64,000 nucleotides of DNA from contig JAJDTR010000075.1 in assembly GCA_022827055.1 (NCBI GenBank), forward strand, positions 758-64,757, in the 5' to 3' direction. Position numbers and translations under genes: made by a program. Source of the stretch: Candidatus Poribacteria bacterium (lineage in GTDB: Bacteria > Poribacteria > WGA-4E > JAJDTR01). Below, one piece after another: positions 37,836 through 47,659 of the stretch. The notes beneath the pieces are model-generated. The model saw nothing but the letters and a program-made list of their open reading frames with translations. It was not told where the DNA came from and ran no database searches. The stretch's first letter is position 1. Every line of letters begins with the position of its first letter.

Positions 37836-40800
37836 TTACTTGCCAGTAGAATCCTCCGCCAACTCCAAATCCGGAAGAGCCTTGCCATCCGTGCCGGTGA
37901 TTCGTAGATGGAATCCCCAGGACGAAGTCTCGTTGGAGACCTTGACCAAGATGCTGTTTTCTCCCGCTTTCAGGGTGGCGGGAACAATGTGCCGGTCAAT
38001 TCCTTGGGGTTCGGAATGAATATCGGTGTCAATATTTGCTTGAGTGAAGATCTCCTCCCCGTTTAGCCACACCTTCGATTGATCATCACTGCCGAATCGT
38101 AGATGAACTTCGCGTTCGTCCGGAGAGGCGACTGATGTCCAAGCATACGCCGTCACCCAATCCGAGTTCCCTTTGAAGATTTTGTTGAAATCGACGTAAC
38201 CGTCGAATCTGTCATCATTCCGCTTTTCCCACCCAACCTGTCCACCAACCCCCGGAAATTGCGTCTCCGTGTCGATTTGTGCAGCGTTTTCCGAAATATG
38301 CGCCACATTGTAGCCGATTCCCGACTTATTGTCAAATGGTCCGATAACCGACCATGCACTCTCGGCAATGAAACCGGTTCGGTTCATATAATCCAATACT
38401 TTATCGGGTTGATCGTGTTCACGATAGTATTGTGCCAACGCGAGGTCGGCGTGTAGTTGGTTAACCAGTGAATTGGAACCTGCTTTCTTCAAATTCTCGA
38501 CCATCTCAAGGAAACGCTCTTCGTCGCTTGCATTTTTGCCGGCTTGTGCAACGTGCCTCCACATCCATTCTGCCGCTTGCGCGAAATTCGTACCGGGATG
38601 AGTCATGTTGTTCATGCTGATCTTAAACTGTTCCAGTGCCTCCTCGTATCGTCCGTTGGCGACATACGCCCTCGCCACAGTAGAAGCGTGATACCAATTC
38701 CCTCCAATCTGAGATCCGCGCTCGGCAAGTTCCAGCGCCTTTTCCGGCAGGATGTTTTTGTCGAGAAGTCTTTGAGCCAAGTTCACATACTCCCAAGGAC
38801 GTTGCGTCGGGGCCACCTCTTTTTGACGAAGTTTCAGCCATTCTGTGTATGCGGCATCCGATTTTTCAAAATTGTCCGTTTTTCTGTAGGCATCGCCCAA
38901 TAACTCGTGCACATTAGGCCTCGCCGCCATGCTGGTCCTGAATTCTTCAAGGATGGCGATGCCTTCGTCATATTTCGATTTGTCGGCATAGAGACTCCAG
39001 ATACCTGCAAGCGCTCTATCGTGATCGCTCTTTTCTAGCGGAGCGTCTAGCGCTTGGCGATAAACGGCTATAGCCTCCGATAATCTATCTCCCTTCGCGA
39101 GAGTGCCTGCCAACAGGTTGTAATGTTCATACGAGTCCGGTTCAATTTCGACTGCTTTTCTGTAAGCGGCCGCTGCCTTTGCCGAATTCTCCATTCCCTC
39201 CGGTTGTTTTTGGTATAGATCTCCGATCGTTTTGTGCCATCGCGCCTCGTCGGGTTGAAGTTCGCTGAGTTTCCGGTAGTGGTCAATGGCTTCGGTGGGC
39301 ATATTGTTCCACTCGTAGGACTGGGCAAGAGCAAAGCGGGCATCGGGGTCGTCAGGGTTCTCTTCAACCTTCTTCAATCGTTCGAGGATTTGCTTTTCGT
39401 AGAGGTTCCCGGCTCTGTATGCTCTATGTATCGCCGTTTCCGCTTTTTGTCGAGTCCAGTCCTGCCGGGCTACGTTTGCCATCTGCTGATAGGCGTCGAC
39501 CGCCTCTTCGTACCGTTCTGCACCGAGATAGCAATTTCCGAGCAATCCATACATTTCTTCCTGTCCCCAACCACCGCCGCCGTACCTGGCGCTTTCGGCA
39601 ATCGCATCGTGGACGAGCTTTATTGCCGGGGCGTACATCTCTCCGTCGACACAGATAGTGGCGAGTGCGGCGAGGTACCACATGTCGTTTTTTTGATGAC
39701 TAGCCGAAAGCGCAACTTCCCCTTGACTTAGCATTGTTTTAGACATGTCCGAATTGCGGCTCCGGTTGAATGCTGCCGCTGCGTAAAAGAAACTCCGAAC
39801 ATTGCTCGGTTGGGCTTTGGAGAGAGATTGATAGGCTTCGGCAGCCTGTCCGTGTTGGTTCGCGTTTCTATAAATCTCGGCAACCATTTCAAGGAGCGCG
39901 GGATTATCCGATTCCGTTTTGAGCCGATCTTCAAAATGGGTTTTCAACTGCTCAAGTTTTCCGTCGTTTTTGTACGCGGTAATTAGTGTTTCACGCGCCT
40001 GATCTCCTCCGAGCATGACTTTGATACCGGATGGTCCGTGGCTGATCGACATGCCCCTGGAAGCCGATCTCGACAACTCTTCGCTGATTTCTATCGCCAA
40101 GTCATTCTCGCCAAGCTGCACGTATACCATCACCAACTCGTTGTAAATATTGTCCTTCTCCCAGCTTTGGGCAGTCATGTCGAGCGCTTTCTTGTAGGTT
40201 TCGACGGCTTTCTCCAGTTTACCCTCATTCCGAAAACCTCGGGCGCGCTCCTGCAGCATCTCCATTGTGAGAGTGCCCTCCTCTTCCGCTTTCTTCAGCA
40301 TTTCCTCCAACTTGCCCTGACGCCGGTAGATTTGCGTGAGTTGCCGTTCGATTTCGCGCCGATCCCATTCCTGTCCGGTATATTGAACGGCTTCTTTGAA
40401 TGCCGCCTCTGCGGAATCCAAGTCGTCTTTACGAAGATAGAGCTGCGCTATTTCACTGTAGACCTCTCCGTTTCCGGGAGCAAGTTCAACCGCTTTTTTG
40501 TAGGTTTTGAGGGCGTCATCGACTCGATCTCCGGCGGCGTACACCCTCGCGAGACGGATGTAATGAACGCCGATGTCAGCTTCTTGATTGACGTACTCTT
40601 GGGCGACTTCAAGAGCTTCGGCGAATTTGTCGGCGGACTGCAAGGAGTTGACGAGTCCGTCCTGATACTTCGTGTTCTCCGGATCGACTTCAAGCAGCGA
40701 TTTCCAAGCGTCGATTGCCTCGCTGTGTTGACTTTGGCGTGTATAGATAGTCGCGAGTTGGGCGCGAGATTCCAGGTCCTCCGGCATTACTTTCACTATT

Positions 40801-43800
40801 TGACGGTATATTTCCGCCGCCTTCTTGAGTTGATTCTGCTGCATGTACTGTCCCGCCAACGATCGTTGAGTACCGACGTTGAGTTCTCCCGCTTTTTCCG
40901 CCAGTCGGGTTGTCGTCGTCAATCCGTCTCGTCTCTGTTTAATCTGCATCAACTGTTGCTGCGCCTGTTCTCGGGTCCAACGTTGCGCGGAAAGGTCGTT
41001 GATGATTTCGGTAAGCACTATTTCGGCATCATCCCACATCTCGTGCTGCATGTATGTGGTCGCCACCCGTTCTTTCTCCCATGGGCCGCCTCCGCGGTTC
41101 TGTAGAAGGGTGATCGCGCCCATCTTGCGAAGCGTGTTCCGCGCTTTCTCTTTCTCGTCTTGCCGGAAGTAGGCTTCGCCAAGCTTCTGGTAGACATCTG
41201 ACACATTCCACCAGTTCCGAGGATCAAGTTTCTCCGTCGCGGTTTCAAGCAAACGGATTTCTCGCTCTCGACCATTTGCACCGCGGTAAGCATCAGCCAG
41301 TACCTTTAGCAACTCCGGGTTCTCCAGCATCGAAGTATCATTCAGTAATTGATTCACAAGAGGATCGGATTCGTCAAGTTGATCCGCCGCAATTTTTAAA
41401 GATGCCACGAGATACAGCAGCGTTGAATCGCTAGGATCCTCGCTGAGTTTGGCTTCGTACTCAGCGGTATAGCTTTCTACGTTATCGGAGGCCTTATAGA
41501 GTTCAATTAGTTTAGAGACTATTTGTGCCTGTGCGTACGAGTTTTGTGAAATCGATGCACCGTCGGCCTCCAGCTTTTCGCGTAGAAACTGAATTGCTTT
41601 TTCGCGCTCGCCGGAAGCGGCGTATGCCGATGCCAGATTCGCGTACATGTGGTGCTGATTGGGTTGTGCCTTGACTATCTTTTCGTAAATATCAGCCGCC
41701 GCTTTCGGGTTGTTGTTTTGCGTACACTGGTATGCCGCATTTCGCGCAAAATCGTTCCCATAGTTCCGCCCGAAAGACGGCGCAATCATAACTTTTGCAA
41801 GTGAAACCAGTTCCTCAACCTTGCCGGCTTCGAAGAACGTCTGAATTACCTCCCAGGTGTTGTGACCAAGCGCGTTGGGGTTCTCCTCAAGGAGGGTTTT
41901 GAACTGAGTTAAGGCTTCATCCGCTTTTCCGCTGCGCTGCAGCATTTGGGCATACCGCTGACGTGTCCTACCATCTTTTGGGCGCAGTTTGAGCGCCGCC
42001 TCGAACGCCGCAGACGCCTTGTTGATCTGATTTGTGCTATCGTAGAACGCCGCCAATCGCGCCTGAGCCTGGAATGAATCAGGATTCTTCCGCGCGCCTT
42101 CAAGTAATTGTGGTTCCCGCTCGCGCGCGGCTTTGGAACGACTCACCAGATGTGTGGCTCGCTGAAAGTTCCATGAGTGCAACGTCTGGCCGTGGCGATC
42201 GCGTTGGTTGGCGAATCGCAGCGCCCGCTCGGCTACGCTTGCGGCGTCCCGGCCTCTGCCAAGTTCTTCCAAGTGCTGGCTGAGTTCCATAAGGAAGTTC
42301 GGATCACGTTGACTCATCGATAGCGTCATCACCTTCTTGGCAGCCGCGATTGCAAATTGAGTCAGACCGCTCTGCTGCAGTTTTTTTGAGAACTCGTAAA
42401 GTTCCCGGACGCCGCTCGGCGAATTTAACACTTTAGACATCAACTCGCGCACCTTGATTGTGTTGCCGGTAAGCACGGCGAGCTGTAAAGTAAGATTGTA
42501 ATATTGACGGCGATTTCGCGGGTCACTCCTCGCGAGTTCATCCAGTAGTTGCAACGCTATCGCGTGATCACCTGTCTGAATCGATACAAAAACGGCATTG
42601 ATCTTGAGCGTTAAGTCTTCCGGATTATCAATCTGCAATCTCGAGAGTATTTCTTGCGCTTGCCCCCGTTTTCCTTCCCACCAATGACAGTAGCTTAGTG
42701 CCAAACTTGGATAGATGCGGTCTCTCCCTTCCGTCGTCTCCAAATCCGCGCGAAGTTTGGTGTAAAAAGTCTCCTGTTGATTTTTCGTCCAGAGTTGTAG
42801 AAAAACCTGCTGAAGATACTCCAAACGGAGTTGATTGTAGTAAGTCGTTGGCGATGGATAGGTCGACTGGAGCGGAGTGTACCCGCTGTAAGAGTATTGC
42901 GCGTACGACAACGACGCCACTCGCCGGGCGTTTGCCAAAACAGGTTTGGTCCTCTCAAAGAACGTCCAGAGAACGTCAACGCCTTTTTCTATATTTCCGT
43001 CGCGCACATAAGCCGCCGCAAGCGACTGGTAGATGTTTCTATACCGCCACCACTGCTGCTGGGGAATTGAAGGTGCGCGCATACCGGAGGGTTGTCCTGC
43101 TGTCTTTGGAACCGAAAGTTGGGCGAGGATGTTCTCGGCAACGTCAAACTTCCCTTGCTGTGCAAATGCATCGATAAGCGTTGCACCGGTGTTCAAATCG
43201 GTCACGTTTGTCGTGTCAAGTTCGCCAAGCATTCGTGCGGCTTCCTCCTTCTGTCCCCGAGTGTAAAGACGCATGGAAAATCGCGCAATATGCGAGAGGC
43301 GTACTTCGGGCTTGAGCGCAGTCATCCCGTCAAGGTGTTTTTTGAAGGTTCCGTAATCAGCGTTCTGGCGCATTAACTGCGTCAATCGCATGTCCTGATA
43401 AACCGGATCGCTCGGTGACGCGGCAATGAGACGATCGGTAATTCCTTGAACCTTGTCGTTGTTTTCAGTCAAGACATAAATCTGAACCAAGAGTTCCAGT
43501 TTCTGAATATCTCTTGGATTCGCATCCGCGTCTTCCTCGAATTTCCGGACAAACTCATCCAATTCTCGCTTTTGTTGTGCGATTGTTGCCAATTGCACCA
43601 GTGCGGCGGCTTGAGTTTCTTCGAAACTGTTAGGTATCCACGGTTGCCCGCTACCGGAAGAGCGTTGTCCCTGTACATTCCAAACTAAGTTCCGCGCAAG
43701 ATTTAAGTTGCGCGAACCGATGCCGGGCAGCCCTGATCCCGTCTGATTCGCAGTAGCTTTGCCACCCTTCGCCGGTTTATCCACCGGTTTAGGCATTTCC

Positions 43801-46664
43801 AGTATCCGTACAAAATGCGGGCGGGCGCGGTCTAATTCATTCATCTGGACCAATGCTGCGCCAACCTGATAAATCGTCTTCGCGTCCTTCGCTTTTCCGC
43901 CGGCTCGGTCAAGCGCGGACAGCGCCTCCTGTATCAGTCCGTGCCGAATCAGCAATGCCGCGAGTTTGACTTCAGCCTCCAACGACTGACTCCTGGCATG
44001 CAGTAACTTTGTCCACACTTGAATCGCTTCCTGCTCCCGTCCCGCATCGAACAGCAGTTCGCCGAGTCGCTGCTGGTGAAACGGATCCGGCTTTACTTTG
44101 ACGAGACGCCCTTGATAGGTCAATGCATCCTGTGTGTCGCCGAGGTCCAGGCTGATTCTAACTAGCTCAGTCAATAGGTCAGGGTTTTCGTGTTCCCTTT
44201 CCAATGCTCGCGCCAATTGGAATTGTGCACCGGGTAGATCGCTCTTCATACGGTAAACGGCAGCCAATGCCAGAATGGGACTCGTGTCGGAAGGACTGAT
44301 TTTCGACATCTGCTTTAGCTTCTCTTCAAATTCATTGCCCCGACCCAGGTCGTAATACGCTTCGGAAAGTGACTTGACAAAACCGAGCTTATTGTCCACG
44401 CTTTCGCTCAATTCCCAGCATCGCCAATACTGATCGATTGCCTGCCGCGGGTTGCCGGCAAGTTTGTAGATTTCTGCGAGATCCGCTCGAATGTCGGTTG
44501 CTTCCGGGCGAAGACGAACCGCCTGCTTGAGGTAGTCCGCCGCAGATTCGTAGTTGCCTAGTTGCTTTGATATTTCGCTCTGCAACCGATACCCTTCGGG
44601 GTTACGTGGACTGTGCAGCACAACCTGTCTTGCCGCCTCTGTTGCGGCATCGGAATCCATCATGTCCAGATGGATCCGCGCTATGTCTGTGTAGTATTCG
44701 CGCGCATTCGCTCCGTCAATTTCGATTAAATGGTAGTAGATGGCGTTGGCTTCATCGCCTCTGCCCTGCTGTGCATAGATTTCTGCGAGCCACCGATTGA
44801 TGTAGATATCGCTGGATTTTAGGGTTCTGGCTTTCGTTAACACCTCGACGGCGTAGCTAGTGTTACCCAATTTGAAGTACATCTTGACGAGCTGCTTTTG
44901 CCCTTCGAAGGCAGTCGCTGCGGAAACATCGGGCTCCGCAAGTTTCGCTTCCAGCTCATCAATCTTCTCTACGAGTGTCCCCTGACGCCGATAGAGTTCA
45001 ATTCTCCGATCATCCATCCGGTCGGCGAAGAATTCGTTAGGAGCAAGATTTGCCGCTTCCGTGTATTCCGCCAACGCCCCCCCATAGTCTTTGTTTTCCA
45101 TCAGTCGGTTCGCCAACTCTTCACGATACTGAAACGAATCGGGACTTAGTTCAACCGCCTTTCTGCTTGCGGCGATAGCTTCCGCGCGGAATTCCTTTGC
45201 ATCAAGCAACTGTGCCAGCCGATGATAATTTGCCGCGACCGACTTATCGCCATCGACCATCCGATTCCACGTCTCAAGGGTCTTTGCGCGATCACCATGA
45301 CGCAGATAAAACTCGCCGAAATACTCAATGTAATCAGGGTTATCGGGTGCGAGCGAGACAGCCATCTCATATTCTGCAACGGCATCATCTACCCATTCAT
45401 GACCGGCGTAGATCTCCGCGAGGATGAGGCGGGTACCCGCGTTCTCCGGGTCGTGATCTGTCATCCTCTGATAGGTTGCTCGCGCCTTCTCTTCATCGTC
45501 TAACTGCAGATATAATTCCCCCAGTTCACGGTAAATACCGAAATCATCGGACTGTTGCTTGCTTAGGGCTTCGTATTCCGCCGCCGCGTCGCCGAATTTT
45601 TCCGCGCTGCGCAGGGCGGCAATCAAATTCAGGCGCAATCCCGTATCGGTCGGCGCGAGCGCCAACCCTTTACGGTACTCGACAACTCCTTCATCCGGCT
45701 GCTGGTTCTCCATATACGCCGAAGCCAACAGGCCGATTATCTCGGGGTCATTTGGTGACGTTTCAATTTTGGCTTGATAGTATGCAATTAAGCCTTCCCA
45801 ATCGCTGTCGGCGGCGTATATGCCCACGACGCGTTGACGGAGGTCTTTGCGAAGCCAATTTCCCGGTGCCGTCAGCGCAATCGCCGCGTCGTAACTTTCA
45901 ATGGCTCGCTGAAACTCCCCCGTTTCCTCGTGAATTTTGCCAATTTCCCGAAGACTCAAGCAGACGCGATACGCGTCGTCTTTCTTGATCTCCGTTATTG
46001 CTTGGTGTTGTGCGATGGCTTGCTCGTAGAGTTCCTGCTCACGAAACAGGTCGGCGAGTTCAAGGCGTGCGAAAACGTTCTCTGGGTCAAGTTCCGAGAT
46101 TCTCGTCCACGCCTCAATTGCCTCGTCCACCATATCCCGCCTGAAGTAGGCACGCCCGAGAGATTTGTAAATCGTGGTCAGGTCATCGGGCGCTACGGAC
46201 TGCGACTCTTCCGACAACTCTGTTGCCTTGGACAGTTCGGCTATCGCGTCTTCATGGCGGCGTAACACCGCATACATCTGCCCTAGGGCGAAATGGGGAT
46301 AATAATCGTTGGGGGCTAGTTCTGCAGCGCGTTGGTAAGCAGCGACGGTCTCGGCATCTTTGCCGATCCGTTTGTAAAGGTGTCCCAGGACAAGCTGTGC
46401 ATTCGGATCATCGGGACTAGAGTTTGCCTCCGCTTCATAGTCCGCAATCATGGCGTCCAAGCCGGCGCCTTCAAGATAAAGCTGGTATAGCCGGTCGAAC
46501 GCATTTCCTTCCTTCGGATTGCGTTTGAGCATCTTTTTGTAGCGTTGAATGACTTTTTCGTCGATAGTCCCGTCCTGTGCGAGAATCGTTGATGAATGAC
46601 ACAAGACGTAGGAAGCCAAACACAGGAGACACACGACAACTCGATGCGTTTTTTGTTCAAGCAT
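37836..46664 (-). CDS. Giant secreted TPR-repeat protein (2942 aa) with a C-terminal GH2-N / galactose-binding-like beta-sandwich domain
   Basis: A single uninterrupted ORF. N-terminal signal peptide (VVVCLLCLASYVLCHSSTILA). AGGAGG RBS 6 nt upstream of the ATG at 46664. More than 2700 aa of consecutive 34-aa TPR units (W-LG-Y...A...F...A...P patterns). The last roughly 190 aa contain WSVIGPF...KVWLNGEEI...LKAGENSILVKVSN, which resembles the GH2 sugar-binding jellyroll. Confidence 0.8.
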   Translation of the reverse strand: MLEQKTHRVVVCLLCLASYVLCHSSTILAQDGTIDEKVIQRYKKMLKRNPKEGNAFDRLYQLYLEGAGLDAMIADYEAEANSSPDDPNAQLVLGHLYKRIGKDAETVAAYQRAAELAPNDYYPHFALGQMYAVLRRHEDAIAELSKATELSEESQSVAPDDLTTIYKSLGRAYFRRDMVDEAIEAWTRISELDPENVFARLELADLFREQELYEQAIAQHQAITEIKKDDAYRVCLSLREIGKIHEETGEFQRAIESYDAAIALTAPGNWLRKDLRQRVVGIYAADSDWEGLIAYYQAKIETSPNDPEIIGLLASAYMENQQPDEGVVEYRKGLALAPTDTGLRLNLIAALRSAEKFGDAAAEYEALSKQQSDDFGIYRELGELYLQLDDEEKARATYQRMTDHDPENAGTRLILAEIYAGHEWVDDAVAEYEMAVSLAPDNPDYIEYFGEFYLRHGDRAKTLETWNRMVDGDKSVAANYHRLAQLLDAKEFRAEAIAASRKAVELSPDSFQYREELANRLMENKDYGGALAEYTEAANLAPNEFFADRMDDRRIELYRRQGTLVEKIDELEAKLAEPDVSAATAFEGQKQLVKMYFKLGNTSYAVEVLTKARTLKSSDIYINRWLAEIYAQQGRGDEANAIYYHLIEIDGANAREYYTDIARIHLDMMDSDAATEAARQVVLHSPRNPEGYRLQSEISKQLGNYESAADYLKQAVRLRPEATDIRADLAEIYKLAGNPRQAIDQYWRCWELSESVDNKLGFVKSLSEAYYDLGRGNEFEEKLKQMSKISPSDTSPILALAAVYRMKSDLPGAQFQLARALEREHENPDLLTELVRISLDLGDTQDALTYQGRLVKVKPDPFHQQRLGELLFDAGREQEAIQVWTKLLHARSQSLEAEVKLAALLIRHGLIQEALSALDRAGGKAKDAKTIYQVGAALVQMNELDRARPHFVRILEMPKPVDKPAKGGKATANQTGSGLPGIGSRNLNLARNLVWNVQGQRSSGSGQPWIPNSFEETQAAALVQLATIAQQKRELDEFVRKFEEDADANPRDIQKLELLVQIYVLTENNDKVQGITDRLIAASPSDPVYQDMRLTQLMRQNADYGTFKKHLDGMTALKPEVRLSHIARFSMRLYTRGQKEEAARMLGELDTTNVTDLNTGATLIDAFAQQGKFDVAENILAQLSVPKTAGQPSGMRAPSIPQQQWWRYRNIYQSLAAAYVRDGNIEKGVDVLWTFFERTKPVLANARRVASLSYAQYSYSGYTPLQSTYPSPTTYYNQLRLEYLQQVFLQLWTKNQQETFYTKLRADLETTEGRDRIYPSLALSYCHWWEGKRGQAQEILSRLQIDNPEDLTLKINAVFVSIQTGDHAIALQLLDELARSDPRNRRQYYNLTLQLAVLTGNTIKVRELMSKVLNSPSGVRELYEFSKKLQQSGLTQFAIAAAKKVMTLSMSQRDPNFLMELSQHLEELGRGRDAASVAERALRFANQRDRHGQTLHSWNFQRATHLVSRSKAAREREPQLLEGARKNPDSFQAQARLAAFYDSTNQINKASAAFEAALKLRPKDGRTRQRYAQMLQRSGKADEALTQFKTLLEENPNALGHNTWEVIQTFFEAGKVEELVSLAKVMIAPSFGRNYGNDFARNAAYQCTQNNNPKAAADIYEKIVKAQPNQHHMYANLASAYAASGEREKAIQFLREKLEADGASISQNSYAQAQIVSKLIELYKASDNVESYTAEYEAKLSEDPSDSTLLYLVASLKIAADQLDESDPLVNQLLNDTSMLENPELLKVLADAYRGANGREREIRLLETATEKLDPRNWWNVSDVYQKLGEAYFRQDEKEKARNTLRKMGAITLLQNRGGGPWEKERVATTYMQHEMWDDAEIVLTEIINDLSAQRWTREQAQQQLMQIKQRRDGLTTTTRLAEKAGELNVGTQRSLAGQYMQQNQLKKAAEIYRQIVKVMPEDLESRAQLATIYTRQSQHSEAIDAWKSLLEVDPENTKYQDGLVNSLQSADKFAEALEVAQEYVNQEADIGVHYIRLARVYAAGDRVDDALKTYKKAVELAPGNGEVYSEIAQLYLRKDDLDSAEAAFKEAVQYTGQEWDRREIERQLTQIYRRQGKLEEMLKKAEEEGTLTMEMLQERARGFRNEGKLEKAVETYKKALDMTAQSWEKDNIYNELVMVYVQLGENDLAIEISEELSRSASRGMSISHGPSGIKVMLGGDQARETLITAYKNDGKLEQLKTHFEDRLKTESDNPALLEMVAEIYRNANQHGQAAEAYQSLSKAQPSNVRSFFYAAAAFNRSRNSDMSKTMLSQGEVALSASHQKNDMWYLAALATICVDGEMYAPAIKLVHDAIAESARYGGGGWGQEEMYGLLGNCYLGAERYEEAVDAYQQMANVARQDWTRQKAETAIHRAYRAGNLYEKQILERLKKVEENPDDPDARFALAQSYEWNNMPTEAIDHYRKLSELQPDEARWHKTIGDLYQKQPEGMENSAKAAAAYRKAVEIEPDSYEHYNLLAGTLAKGDRLSEAIAVYRQALDAPLEKSDHDRALAGIWSLYADKSKYDEGIAILEEFRTSMAARPNVHELLGDAYRKTDNFEKSDAAYTEWLKLRQKEVAPTQRPWEYVNLAQRLLDKNILPEKALELAERGSQIGGNWYHASTVARAYVANGRYEEALEQFKISMNNMTHPGTNFAQAAEWMWRHVAQAGKNASDEERFLEMVENLKKAGSNSLVNQLHADLALAQYYREHDQPDKVLDYMNRTGFIAESAWSVIGPFDNKSGIGYNVAHISENAAQIDTETQFPGVGGQVGWEKRNDDRFDGYVDFNKIFKGNSDWVTAYAWTSVASPDEREVHLRFGSDDQSKVWLNGEEIFTQANIDTDIHSEPQGIDRHIVPATLKAGENSILVKVSNETSSWGFHLRITGTDGKALPDLELAEDSTGK

Positions 46665-47607
46665 GAGTAATCCTCCTTGAAGGAACTTATGAGAATGGGA
46701 TGTTGTCAGAAGAATAGACCTAAACTATCTGTAGCATGAGAGCGGACCTATGCGAAGTTAGTTCATCTTCGTATGATTGTTCTTCATCGCCGTTCTCCGA
46801 GGTAACTTGGGAATTCCCTTTACAGCAGCGATTTTATGGAGCCTACATTGTAAAGTCGAAGGGGTATTCGGTAATCTGATGTTCTAAGTTGCGAACGAGT
46901 TTTAGTGACAAGGGTTAACTTTGAATAAGTGTACCCAGAAGTTGTGTCAAAACAGAGACTCGCGTGACAAAAATCAGACTTTCAAAGGAAGGAATGCATA
47001 ACACAGTAGACGACGCCGAATGGACACAAGTTTACCATTTGAATCCTAACGCTAACGATTCGACACCAAGGACGAGGCGTTCGGTTGCAACATACTATTT
47101 GGTTATTTCTTTTCGTTCTTCGTAGAGATCACGTCATCCGACCACATTTCATGAAGCTGGGAGATGACACATCTCCGCATAGTTCTACATCAAGAACGAT
47201 GCCAGTGTACCAAAACGGTTAGGGGTAACTTGTGATCGCACAATTTATATCATCTCCAAATCTGAACGTAATCTACAATCCAATGAAAGTCGGTAATAGA
47301 TTGAACAATGTCTGATCGAGCCTTGAAGTCGAGTAAACCTTCAAGCAGCGTCTCCCTAAAAGGTGCATTTCGTCAAGGATTCAGTTCGGGAAATATTTCT
47401 CGCGCAGTTCGTCCAAGACATGTTCAAATTGGGGATGAAGTTTAATTAATGCTGCGGAGGATTGGATAGCATTGGAGGGATAAACCAACCGGATAGGGAG
47501 GGCGATAGCTAATCCCATGCGATAAAGTTCCTAGCTTTGCCCATCCACTATTCACGCCCACCGTTACTATTTGAATCGTTATGGGCGCTCTGGAGCCGAT
47601 ATGGCTT

Positions 47608-47639
47608 GATTCAGGGGTTCATTGGAAAACCCCTGAATC
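47608..47639. terminator. Strong hairpin (12-bp perfect stem GATTCAGGGGTT / AACCCCTGAATC, 8-nt loop) immediately 3' of the minus-strand SBP gene; the T-rich tract lies on the plus-strand side
   Basis: Seen directly in sequence. On the plus strand it is followed by CTATTTATCTTGTT. On the minus strand it sits 20 bp after the stop of 47660..48910. Confidence 0.45.
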
Positions 47640-47659
47640 CTATTTATCTTGTTCGTTGT

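Noticed and set aside
40038-41105. 355-aa plus-strand ORF
   Set aside because: Antisense inside the 2942-aa TPR gene. No motifs. Leu/Phe-rich translation characteristic of reverse-frame reading of TPR codons.
46665-47659. Looked for tmRNA, RNase P, SRP or tRNA signatures in the 1-kb non-coding region
   Set aside because: No T-arm (GGTTCGAATCC-like) or other conserved ncRNA hallmark recognisable by eye. Left as an open finding rather than a feature.
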